This document shows, in pieces, positions 1 through 9,200 of a stretch of 36,248 bases of DNA (its first letter is position 1; each line of letters starts with the position of its first letter). Under the pieces are notes generated by a model, which had not been told where the DNA came from, made no database searches, and saw only the letters and a program-made list of their open reading frames with translations. This stretch comes from Flavobacteriales bacterium (GTDB lineage Bacteria > Bacteroidota > Bacteroidia > Flavobacteriales_D > Sanyastnellaceae): the NCBI GenBank assembly GCA_049611325.1, contig JBMZAL010000001.1, positions 1 to 36,248 on the forward strand. Reading direction: 5' to 3'. Position numbers and translations under genes: made by a program.

Positions 1-1
1 G

Positions 2-748
2 CGGAAACTTCTTCCATGGGTGGATGGCTTGCTTGAAGCAGGAGAAAAGCACTTTGCGGCCACAGGAAAGCCCTTGTTCAGCTCGCACATGATTGACCTG
101 AGCGAAGAGAGCCTCTCGGAAAACCTCGAGACGTGTGCTGCTTACTTGAAGCGCATGGCGGCCATCGACATGCACCTTGAAATCGAGCTCGGTGTGACTG
201 GAGGAGAAGAGGATGGTGTGGACAACACTGACATCGACAGCAGCCGCTTGTACACGCAGCCAGAGGAGGTTGCGGAAGCGTATGAATTGCTCCGTGCCAT
301 TTCCCCCAACTTCACCATCGCAGCGGCATTCGGAAACGTCCACGGGGTGTACAAGCCTGGGAATGTGGAGTTGCGTCCCAGCATTTTGAACGACTGCCAG
401 AAGCACATTGAGGAGAAGTTCAACACCGAAGCGCAGCCTGTTGAATTTGTGTTCCACGGTGGAAGCGGTTCGAGCCTGGAGGAAATCCGTGAGGCCATCG
501 GGTACGGCACAGTGAAGATGAACATCGACACAGACATGCAGTGGGCTTTCTTGTCGGGCGTACGCGATTACGTGCAAGGCAAGGCGGACTACCTCGCAGC
601 CCAAATCGGCAACCCGGAAGGGGAGGACGTTCCCAACAAAAAGCACTACGATCCACGCGTGTGGTTGCGGAAAGGAGAGGAGGCGTTTGTGGCGCGTTTG
701 ACCCAAGCGTTTGAAGACTTGAACGCCACGGGCAGTCAATCCAAGTAA
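2..748 (+). CDS. fbaA: Class II (Zn) fructose-1,6-bisphosphate aldolase, 3' portion; the 5' end lies upstream of the window
   Basis: The frame is open from the window edge. The translation RKLLPWVDGLLEAGEKHFAATGKPLFSSHMIDLSEE...GNVHGVYKPGNV...FVFHGGSGS...KMNIDTDMQWA...NKKHYDPRVWLR is nearly colinear with E. coli FbaA as remembered. The GTG at 20 in the ORF track is therefore internal. Confidence 0.95.
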   Translation, partial: RKLLPWVDGLLEAGEKHFAATGKPLFSSHMIDLSEESLSENLETCAAYLKRMAAIDMHLEIELGVTGGEEDGVDNTDIDSSRLYTQPEEVAEAYELLRAISPNFTIAAAFGNVHGVYKPGNVELRPSILNDCQKHIEEKFNTEAQPVEFVFHGGSGSSLEEIREAIGYGTVKMNIDTDMQWAFLSGVRDYVQGKADYLAAQIGNPEGEDVPNKKHYDPRVWLRKGEEAFVARLTQAFEDLNATGSQSK

Positions 749-750
749 TC

Positions 751-2337
751 ATGACAAACGGGCAAGCGTGGCGGCCTTTCCGGCTGTCCGATTCCGAGGC
801 GCAGAAGAGGCTGGAAACTCTGGCCTTGGAGAAGCGGGACATGGATGTTCGTGATGCGTTTGCGCAAGACGCCTCTCGTGTGGAGGCCCTGTCCTGGGAT
901 TTGGAGGGGCTGCACGTCGATGCGTCCAAGCAACGCTGGGATGCGGAGGTCAAAGACGCGTTGATCGCCTTGGGCGAAGAGGCGGATGTGTCTGGCGCCA
1001 TTGCGGACTTGTTTGGAGGTGTCAAATTGAACACCACGGAAGGCAGGGCGGTGTTGCATATGGCGCTGCGCGGAAAAGCGGAAGATGGGTTTGAGGTGGA
1101 TGGACAAGATGTCATGCCTGAAGTCCTCGCGGTCCGCGGGCGAATGCTTGACTTTGTGGACAAGGTGCACGCGTTGCACGCCAAGGGCGAAGTGACAGAC
1201 GTGGTCAACATTGGCATTGGTGGATCTGACCTCGGACCAGCCATGGCAGTGAAAGCCTTGCGGCGCTTCTCTTGCGGTCCCCGGTGTCATTTCGTGAGCA
1301 ACGTGGACGGCGCCCATGTGGCTTCGGTGTTGCAGGACTTGAACCCACGAACGACCATGATTGTGGTTGTCAGCAAGACCTTCACCACGCAAGAGACGAT
1401 GGCCAATGCCCGCATTGCCAAGTCATGGCTTGAGTCGGGGGGAGGGACGGCATCCAAACAGCTTGTTGCGGTCTCCACCAATTTGGAAGGAACACGCACC
1501 TTCGACATTTCAGAGGACCAAACCTTTGGGTTTGAAAATTGGGTCGGTGGGCGCTACTCCATGTGGGGACCGGTCGGAGTGTGCATTGCCTTGTCCATTG
1601 GTTCGGAACACTTCAAGGCATTCCTTGCGGGTGCCCGCGCCGTCGACCAACACGTGCGACACACGTCCTTGGAAGAAAATGTGCCCGTGCTCCTCGCCCT
1701 TCTCGGACACTGGAATCAGAATGCCCTCGGTTTCCGCTCCCACGCTGTGTTGCCCTACGCCGAAGACCTTGGTCGGTTGCCGGCCTATTTGCAGCAAGCT
1801 GACATGGAGAGCAATGGCAAATTCGTGGGGCGCGACGGGAAGCCCGTGTCTTGGAACACAGGTGCGGTGGTGTGGGGAGAACCGGGCACGAACAGCCAGC
1901 ACGCGTTTTTCCAGTTGCTCCATCAGGGAACGGAGATTCACCCCGTCGACTTCGTGGCCTTCAAATCGCCCACAAGCGAGCACGAAGGGATGCACCGGAT
2001 GCTTTTGGCCAATGCGTTGGCGCAGGCGGAGGCTTTGTTGCAAGGGCGCAAGGCCCCTGAAGGAGAGCCCCATCGCTTCTTCCCCGGAAACAGGCCTTCG
2101 ACGTTCTTCCTGTTTGATGACTTGTCTCCCAAATCCTTGGGAATGCTCGTCGCCTTGCACGAGCACCGCATCTTCATTCAGGGGGTGCTTTGGGGCATCG
2201 CAAGTTTTGACCAATGGGGGGTTGAACTGGGCAAAGCCATGGCCAACGCCCTGCTCCCAGAATTGGAGGGCAAGCACAACGACGAGACCTCTCACGATCC
2301 GTCTACGGCCTCTTTGGTCAAGCGCTTGGTCGGATAA
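751..2337 (+). CDS. pgi: Glucose-6-phosphate isomerase
   Basis: 528-aa ORF starting 2 nt after the fbaA stop. PGI hallmarks are present: NIGIGGSDLGP, VVSKTFTTQET, GGRYSMWGPVG, LPYAEDLGRLPAYLQQADMESNGK, GEPGTNSQHAFFQLLHQG, FDQWGVELGK. Confidence 0.95.
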   Translation: MTNGQAWRPFRLSDSEAQKRLETLALEKRDMDVRDAFAQDASRVEALSWDLEGLHVDASKQRWDAEVKDALIALGEEADVSGAIADLFGGVKLNTTEGRAVLHMALRGKAEDGFEVDGQDVMPEVLAVRGRMLDFVDKVHALHAKGEVTDVVNIGIGGSDLGPAMAVKALRRFSCGPRCHFVSNVDGAHVASVLQDLNPRTTMIVVVSKTFTTQETMANARIAKSWLESGGGTASKQLVAVSTNLEGTRTFDISEDQTFGFENWVGGRYSMWGPVGVCIALSIGSEHFKAFLAGARAVDQHVRHTSLEENVPVLLALLGHWNQNALGFRSHAVLPYAEDLGRLPAYLQQADMESNGKFVGRDGKPVSWNTGAVVWGEPGTNSQHAFFQLLHQGTEIHPVDFVAFKSPTSEHEGMHRMLLANALAQAEALLQGRKAPEGEPHRFFPGNRPSTFFLFDDLSPKSLGMLVALHEHRIFIQGVLWGIASFDQWGVELGKAMANALLPELEGKHNDETSHDPSTASLVKRLVG

Positions 2338-2498
2338 CGCACCCGAGCTGATTTCAAGGAGACCTGCACGCAGAGCGACGTGGGTTGCGCTGAGTTGGTG
2401 AGATTTTTCGTAGATTTAATGCCAAAGCCTCTCGACGAAGAGGTGTTACGAGTCGATTAATCAAAAAAACTGGGCCCTGCCCTCATAATCTGTTTCCA

Positions 2499-4604
2499 AT
2501 GAAGCACTTGTTTACTGCTGCGCTCACAGCGTTGATGTCGAGCATGGCTCTGGCCAATTTTGTTGGCATGGAGTACGAAGCCGTCGCTGAGACTGCCAAC
2601 GGCACGACCTATCGCGTGTACGCCACGTTTGACAACCCCACGGATGAACTTGTGGCGGTTTACGCCCTCGAGACAGCCCCTATGGAGGTGGGTGTTTCCA
2701 CGTCTTTTTACCAAGACGCAGTGGGGGCAGTCCTTGCCCAAACCATCAACCCCGCATTCTTCGGCGCGTTTCCGTCGTTGCAATACGACAGTTGGTTCAC
2801 CATCGGTTCTGAGGATTCCAATGGCACGAGCGACGTGCAGCAAGTCGGCATGGACACGTACTTCGCCGCTTTTGAAGCAGGCGGCGGTTTCACTGTGGAT
2901 ACCTTCATCGGAGGTTCATGGTTCCTGCTCCCCAACCAAAGCGCTGATGCGGAAGCTGGTGCCGACGGCCGTGTTTTGATTGGTCAATTCACCACCGACG
3001 GGGTAGTCAACTTGACCATGAACTTCCAGTGGGATGACGAAGCGACCAACACGTTCCAAGCGGAGGGAGTGTCCATCGTGTTCCCAGAAGTTCCGGTTCC
3101 TGGATGCACCAATCCCAACGCGGACAACTACAACGCCCTTGCCAACGAAGACGATGGTTCGTGCACGTTTGGTGGCGGTCTGAGCACCGGTTTGTCTTAC
3201 GACGTTGTGTCTGCGGATCCTCTCGGCACTGGAGAGACCACCTACCGCATCTACGCCAACTTCTCTTCCAACGATGTAGAGGTGACTGCGATGTACGGTA
3301 CGGATACGGAGCCTTGGATTTTGGACGGCGACGCAGCGTTTTACCAGGATGCCCTCGGCAGCGACTTTGGAGGATCCATCAACCCCTTGTTTTTCGGTTC
3401 ATTCCCTTCGCTGGAATACGACACGTGGTGGACCATTGGTGCCCAGCCTGGAGATGCCGACGGCTTGAACAACGCCTTTGATCCGGCCTTGACGTCGTTT
3501 GCAGATTGGAACAGCGGCGGAGACTTTGTGGTGAACACCTTCATCGGGGGATCCATTTTCATTGTGCCTGGTGCCAATGGGCAGGGCAACCCCATCAACG
3601 GCCGCGTGCTGTTGGGCCAAGTGACCACTTCAGGCACGACCAACGCCACCATCAACTTGCAATTCCGTGATGCGAACCAGGACTCCTTCTATGCTTCTGG
3701 CATGACCCTGACCTTCCCTGTGGCAGGTGCAGGTTGCAACGATCCTCTGGCCTGCAACTATGACGAAAACGCCGAAGGTGACGCAGATTGCATCTTCCCC
3801 GCGGAGTTCTACGACTGCGACGGCTGCATCAACGACACCGACGGTGACGGCGTGTGCGACGAATTGGAAGTGCTCGGTTGCACCGACAATACGGCGTGCA
3901 ACTTCAACATCAACGCCACGGAAGACGACGGTTCTTGCCAGTCGCTTGACGCGTGTGGCGTGTGCGGTGGAGACAACAGCTCTTGCTCTGGTTGCACCAA
4001 CCCCGCAGCAGACAACTACGATCCTACGGCCCTCTTCGATGACGGTTCTTGTGTGATCAGCGGTTGCACCAACCCTGCAGCGGACAACTACAACCCCGAT
4101 GCGACCAACGACGATGGGTCTTGCATCATCAGCGGTTGCACCAACCCAGACGCAGACAACTACGATCCGGCTGCCAACAACGACGATGGCTCCTGCATCA
4201 TCAGCGGTTGCACCAACGCCATTGCGGACAACTACAACCCTGAGGCCAACAACGACGACGGCTCTTGCATCATCAGCGGTTGCACCAACCCCAACGCGGA
4301 GAACTACAACCCTGAGGCCAACAACGACGATGGATCTTGTGTGGCGACGGGCTGTACGTACCCAGGTGCGGACAACTACGATGCGGTGAATACGGCAGAG
4401 GACGGTTCTTGCATCTTCTCTGGTTGCACGGACGCCACGGCGGAGAACTACATCCCATACGCCAACAACGACGATGGATCATGCGTGTTTGAGCCTTGCT
4501 CAGGTGGCGCGTGCCCATTTGATTCGAACGGCGATGGCGAGATCGGTTCTGCCGACCTGCTCGACTTCTTGGTCGCCTTCGGTCAAGCATGTGAGGATCT
4601 CTGA
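2499..4604 (+). CDS. Secreted Cys-rich repeat protein of unknown function
   Basis: 701-aa ORF with signal peptide MKHLFTAALTALMSSMALA. Two paralogous ~185-aa domains follow (both carry YR[VI]YA.F, FYQDA.G, INP.FFG.FPSL.YD.W.TIG, TFIGGS). There are ten copies of the motif GC[TN]xPxAxNY..A..DDGSC and one Asp-rich unit, DTDGDGVCDELE. The C-terminus is an EF-hand loop, DSNGDGEIGSADLLDFLVAFGQACEDL. No T9SS C-terminal domain is present. Confidence 0.85.
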   Translation: MKHLFTAALTALMSSMALANFVGMEYEAVAETANGTTYRVYATFDNPTDELVAVYALETAPMEVGVSTSFYQDAVGAVLAQTINPAFFGAFPSLQYDSWFTIGSEDSNGTSDVQQVGMDTYFAAFEAGGGFTVDTFIGGSWFLLPNQSADAEAGADGRVLIGQFTTDGVVNLTMNFQWDDEATNTFQAEGVSIVFPEVPVPGCTNPNADNYNALANEDDGSCTFGGGLSTGLSYDVVSADPLGTGETTYRIYANFSSNDVEVTAMYGTDTEPWILDGDAAFYQDALGSDFGGSINPLFFGSFPSLEYDTWWTIGAQPGDADGLNNAFDPALTSFADWNSGGDFVVNTFIGGSIFIVPGANGQGNPINGRVLLGQVTTSGTTNATINLQFRDANQDSFYASGMTLTFPVAGAGCNDPLACNYDENAEGDADCIFPAEFYDCDGCINDTDGDGVCDELEVLGCTDNTACNFNINATEDDGSCQSLDACGVCGGDNSSCSGCTNPAADNYDPTALFDDGSCVISGCTNPAADNYNPDATNDDGSCIISGCTNPDADNYDPAANNDDGSCIISGCTNAIADNYNPEANNDDGSCIISGCTNPNAENYNPEANNDDGSCVATGCTYPGADNYDAVNTAEDGSCIFSGCTDATAENYIPYANNDDGSCVFEPCSGGACPFDSNGDGEIGSADLLDFLVAFGQACEDL
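3990..4493 (+). repeat. Tandem in-frame 72-nt (24-aa) repeat, 7 copies
   Basis: Copies start at 3990, 4062, 4134, 4206, 4278, 4350 and 4422. The string atcagcggttgcaccaac recurs exactly at 4056, 4128, 4200 and 4272. Each copy encodes GCT[ND][PA]xA[DE]NY[ND]PxAxxDDGSC[IV]xS. Confidence 0.9.
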
Positions 4605-4641
4605 TTTGACGATCTAGACAGCACCCTTCCGGAAGGAAGGC

Positions 4642-4675
4642 AAAGCGCCGACGCAAGTCGGCGCTTTCTTTTTTC
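4642..4675 (+). terminator. Rho-independent terminator after the 2499..4604 gene
   Basis: Perfect 11-bp stem, aaagcgccgac (4642-4652) paired with gtcggcgcttt (4657-4667), loop gcaa, then cttttttc. A 12-nt palindrome ccttccggaagg lies just upstream at 4625-4636. Confidence 0.75.
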
Positions 4676-4757
4676 AATGAATTTGTGGGGGCGATGCTTA
4701 GTGTATATTGCACACGAACCACCTGGGTTCGCACCTCTTACACCTGCCACGTCGATC

Positions 4758-6089
4758 ATGGAAAAGCGCAAACTAGGGTTCTGGGAAATCTGGAACATGA
4801 GCTTTGGATTCCTTGGAATCCAATTTGGATTCGCCCTTCAAGGAGGGAACATGTCACGCATTTTTCAAACCCTTGGTGCGAGCAAGGATGAGATTCCCAT
4901 GCTTTGGATTGCCGCCCCGTTGACGGGGCTTTTGGTGCAGCCCATCATCGGGTACCTCAGCGACAACACGTGGCATCCCCGGTGGGGAAGGCGCCGTCCC
5001 TTCTTTTTGATTGGGGCCATTCTCAGCTCGATCGCCTTGTTTTTCGTGCCTTACAGCAGCGAGCTCTGGATGGCGGCAGGATTCCTGTGGATCCTCGATG
5101 CCAGCATCAATGTGAGCATGGAGCCGTTCCGAGCGCTGGTCGCGGACAAATTGCCGGAGTCGCAGCGCAGTTATGGATTTGTGTTGCAAACCCTCATCAT
5201 TGGCATAGGCACGTGGATTGCATCGAATTTGCCTTGGTTCGTGACCCAGTTGGGTGTGTCGAACGAGGCGGGAGCAGGCGAGTTGCCGCGAAGTGTGTAC
5301 GTGTCTTTTGCCATTGGCGCAGCCGTCTTTTTGGCCAGCATTTTGGTCACTGTGTTCACCACGACTGAAGATCCCCCTGAAGTGTTGGGGGCAGGAGAGG
5401 AGGAAGAGGCCAAGGGCTCGGGATTGACGGAAATTTTGGACTTCATCAAGGGCATGCCATCTGTCATGGTCAAACTGGGCGTGGTCCAGTTCTTCAGCTG
5501 GTTTGCCTTCTTCACCATGTGGTCTTTTGCCACGCCAGCGTTGACGGAGGCCGTCTTCCAAGCGCCTCTGCCTGCCAAGGAGGCCGCAGATTATGACGTG
5601 CTGCGATTGGCATACGACCAAGCGGCCAACGCCGTGTCCAGTGCCATGGGGATGTATGGATTGAGCAGCATGGCTTTTGCGTTGTTGTTGTCCGTTTGGA
5701 CGTCTCGCAGAGGGTTGAATCGTCGTTGGACGCACTTGGTCAGCCTGGCCATTGGCGGCTTGGGTTTTGTGTCCATGTCTTGGTGGAATCCAGAAACGGC
5801 GGGGTGGTTGAATGCCAGCTTTGCTTGCATCGGGATCGCGTGGGGAAGCATTTTGAGCATGCCCTATGCCATGTTGTCTGGGGCGGTTCCCTCACGAAAA
5901 ATGGGCGTCGGAATGGGGGTGTTCAACATGTTCATTGTGTTGCCCCAAATTTTGGCTGCCCTTGGAGGCATTGTGTGGCTCAACAACGTCTTGTTTGAAG
6001 GAGACGTGGTCAAAACCATGGTCATTGCAGGCGGAAGTCTTTGGTTGGCCGCGGCGAGCAACCTGCTGATCTCGAAGGAAGAGGGATAA
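4758..6089 (+). CDS. MFS sugar:cation symporter (GPH/SLC45-like)
   Basis: Multi-TM hydrophobic profile. The N-terminus [28 protein letters not shown] and the loop [17 protein letters not shown] are typical of sucrose/maltose-type GPH/SLC45 transporters. The ORF-track ATG at 4677 begins 2 nt after the upstream terminator and adds a non-homologous leader, so I prefer ATG 4758. Confidence 0.85.
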   Translation: MEKRKLGFWEIWNMSFGFLGIQFGFALQGGNMSRIFQTLGASKDEIPMLWIAAPLTGLLVQPIIGYLSDNTWHPRWGRRRPFFLIGAILSSIALFFVPYSSELWMAAGFLWILDASINVSMEPFRALVADKLPESQRSYGFVLQTLIIGIGTWIASNLPWFVTQLGVSNEAGAGELPRSVYVSFAIGAAVFLASILVTVFTTTEDPPEVLGAGEEEEAKGSGLTEILDFIKGMPSVMVKLGVVQFFSWFAFFTMWSFATPALTEAVFQAPLPAKEAADYDVLRLAYDQAANAVSSAMGMYGLSSMAFALLLSVWTSRRGLNRRWTHLVSLAIGGLGFVSMSWWNPETAGWLNASFACIGIAWGSILSMPYAMLSGAVPSRKMGVGMGVFNMFIVLPQILAALGGIVWLNNVLFEGDVVKTMVIAGGSLWLAAASNLLISKEEG

Positions 6090-6281
6090 ATATGTGTCAG
6101 GGACTGAACGAGTTGTGTCCGGGCACATGTGCACAACTCAAGGGCGTGTGTTTTTGACACTTTGCGGTGTCTGAGTTATCTTTACATGCGAGGAAAATGC
6201 GTCCTCGTCGAGGAATAGTGTGTTTTCGTCGATGCGACAAAACGCCTGAACCCCCTCTTAAGCTCCTATTTATCAAAACAC

Positions 6282-9200
6282 ATGCGTTATTCTCTTTTGC
6301 TTTTGTCGGCATTGTTTGCGTGGACGGCCCAAGGCCAAACCACGTTCAATGTGGACATGTCCTGTGCGCCTGAAGGCTTCACAGATGTTTTTGTGACCGG
6401 CCCGTGGTGCGGCTGGTGTGCCAATGACACGTACAACACCATGACGGACCCAGATGGGGATGGAGTGTACAGCGTGACAGTTGCTGATCTCGTCGGTACA
6501 GTCGAGTACAAGTATGCCATCAATGGTTTCGCCGATCAAGAAAACTTGGTCAACGACATGGTCGATGGTGCTTCTTGTGCACCTGTGACCGACTTCAGCG
6601 GGTATGCCAACCGCCAAATCGCAGCGGACGGCACGGCCAATGATTTCTACGGCACATGTGATGGCACTTGCAACGACGTTCCTGTCGCTCCTGCCGTGGA
6701 TGTGACATTCCAGGTCGACATGAGCCAATACCAAGGGACGTACGGCACCGTGAACATCAACGGTTCATTCAACGGTTGGTGCGGCGCTTGTGCGGCCATG
6801 ACCGACGACGATGGAGATGGTGTATACAGCATCACCATCGGGTTGTCACCGGCCACCTACGAGTACAAATTCACCTTGGACGGTTGGACTGCCCAAGAAG
6901 AATTCACAGAAGGAGATGCGTGCACGAGCACCATCGACGGTTACACCAACCGCACCCTTGACGTGACTGAAGCCACCACGCTCGGCGCGGTGTGCTACAA
7001 CAGCTGCGATGCTTGTGACGGAAATGGTGGTGGTGACAATGGAGGCGGGACTTCTGAAATGGGCGTGACCTTCAACGTGGACATGTCATGTGCGCCTGCA
7101 TTCGACAACGTGTTTGTCACGGGGCCATGGTGCGGTTGGTGCGCCAACGACGTATACAACACGATGACCGACGACGATGGTGATGGCATTTACAGCGTCA
7201 CTGTCCCCGACTTGACTGGAACGGTGGAATACAAGTATGCGATGAACGGTTTCGCTGACCAGGAGAACCTCATCAACGATATGGTTGATGGCGCCACTTG
7301 TGCGCCAGTGACTGATTTTGCAGGCTATGCAAACCGCCAAATCGACGCAGGTTCTGTGGCCAACGACTACTATGGAACTTGTGATGGCACCTGCAACGAT
7401 GCAGCTCCAGTGATGGTCACGTTCCAGGTTGACATGAACGAGCAGACCACAAATCCAATTGGGGTATTCATTGCAGGCAACTTCCAAGGCTGGTCTGCGG
7501 GAGCGACGGCAATGACTGACGAAGATGGCGATGACATTTGGGAATACACTGCGAGTATTTCTGCCGGTGAGGCAGTTGAGTACAAGTTCATCAACGGCCC
7601 CAATTGGGGACTGGACGAGTCTATCCCTGTTGCGTGCGCTGTGAACAGCAACCGTGGCTACACGGTGGGCACAGAAGATGCCGTCCTTGACGCGGTTTGC
7701 TTCGGTGCATGCACACCATGCGGCGATGCTCTCCCAACCGAGGAGGTCACCTTCACGGTGTTGACCGACAACATCACTGTCGCTGCAGACGGCATGTACC
7801 TCGCTGGTGCCATGAACGGATGGAGCGGTGAGCCCATGAACGACAACGGCGATGGCTCTTGGAGCTTGACCAAATCACTCGAGGCGGCCACGTACGAATT
7901 CAAGTTCCAAAACGGCCTCGACGGTTGGGAGGAGTTGGACTGCGGCGGCAACCGAACGGTGGAAGTGGTTTTGGGTGCGCCCATCGCCTACCAAGGTTGC
8001 TTTGCCCAGTGCGCTGACGTGTGCGCAGTGGATCCGGATGCTGCAGATATTACCTTCCAGGTGGATGCGTCTCAAATTGCAGTGTCCTCTGACGGCATGT
8101 ACTTGATGGGGTCCTTCACGGAGCCTGCATGGCAGCTCGGTGCCATTGCCATGAACGACGACGATGGAGACAGCATTTGGTCAGCCACAGTGAATGTGGA
8201 TGGTCCTGCGGCCTTCCAGTACAAGTTCAACAATGGATTGACCGTGTCCATCGACAGCTTGCCTGATCTCTCAGGTGAGGAAAATGCAGACTTCATTGCG
8301 GGTGGTTGTGGCGTGAACAATGGTGTGGGTGGTTCGAACCGCCTCCACGAGCGTTCAGGCGTGGCCGAAACCCTCGACGTGGTGTGCTTCAACAGCTGTG
8401 AGGCATGCGTTGTGGCACCTTCTGTGTTGGTGGCCACCGTGGATTTGTGCGGTGCTGCCGCTGATTCTGTGCGCTTGACGGGGCCGTTCTGGGGCTGGGA
8501 CCCCAACGGAGGTCCGATTGCCACGGACAACGGAGATGGCACTTGGTCTGTGACGTTTGACCCCGCCCCAACTGAAAACATGGAGTACCTCTGGATTGTC
8601 GACGGCACCCAAGAGAACCTCATTCAGGCCATGGTCGACGGCGGTGCTTGCGCACCAGTGACAGACTATGCGAACTACGCAAACCGTCTTTGGGAAGTGG
8701 GGGCTGAGAATCCCTCAGATGTCTACAACTCTTGCAGCGCTTGTGACGGAACAGGTGGTGGAAACACGACGTTCAACGTGGACATGACCTGTGTGGATGC
8801 TGCTGGGGCAACCGTCAACGGAGCAACTTCCTTCACGGAGGTGTTCGTGACTGGACCATGGTGTGGCTGGTGCGCTGCCGATGGCTACAACGTGTTGACT
8901 GACGCGGACGGCGATGGCATCTACAGTGTGGAAATTGGAGGTCTCACTGGCACGGTGGAATACAAGTACGGCATCGATGCATTCACAGATCAGGAACAGC
9001 TTGTGGATGACATGGCCAACGGTGCAGATTGCGCACCTGTTACAGACTTTGCAGGTTACGCCAACCGTCAGATCGAGGCTGGTGCCACGTCAAGCGACGT
9101 GTTCGGAAGCTGCAGCTCTTGTGAGGATCAAGTGGCTCCTGCCAACGTGACCTTCCGCGTGGACATGAACCAATATGCCGAGGCGTATGCGTACGACGGC

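Noticed and set aside
3990-4493. Regularly spaced 72-nt repeats that could be mistaken for a CRISPR array
   Set aside because: The units are contiguous with no spacers, all in one open reading frame, and encode a conserved Cys motif. No cas genes are present.
4714-4731. tRNA-like 'GGTTCG' string
   Set aside because: It forms only a simple 6-bp hairpin (cgaacc/ggttcg). No acceptor, D or anticodon arms can be drawn around it. No other intergenic region is long or structured enough for a tRNA.
4677-4757. 27-codon N-terminal extension of the MFS transporter ORF
   Set aside because: It starts 2 nt after the upstream terminator and contains a 6-bp hairpin (4715-4731). Remembered family members begin at the MEKxKLxFW-type sequence encoded from 4758.
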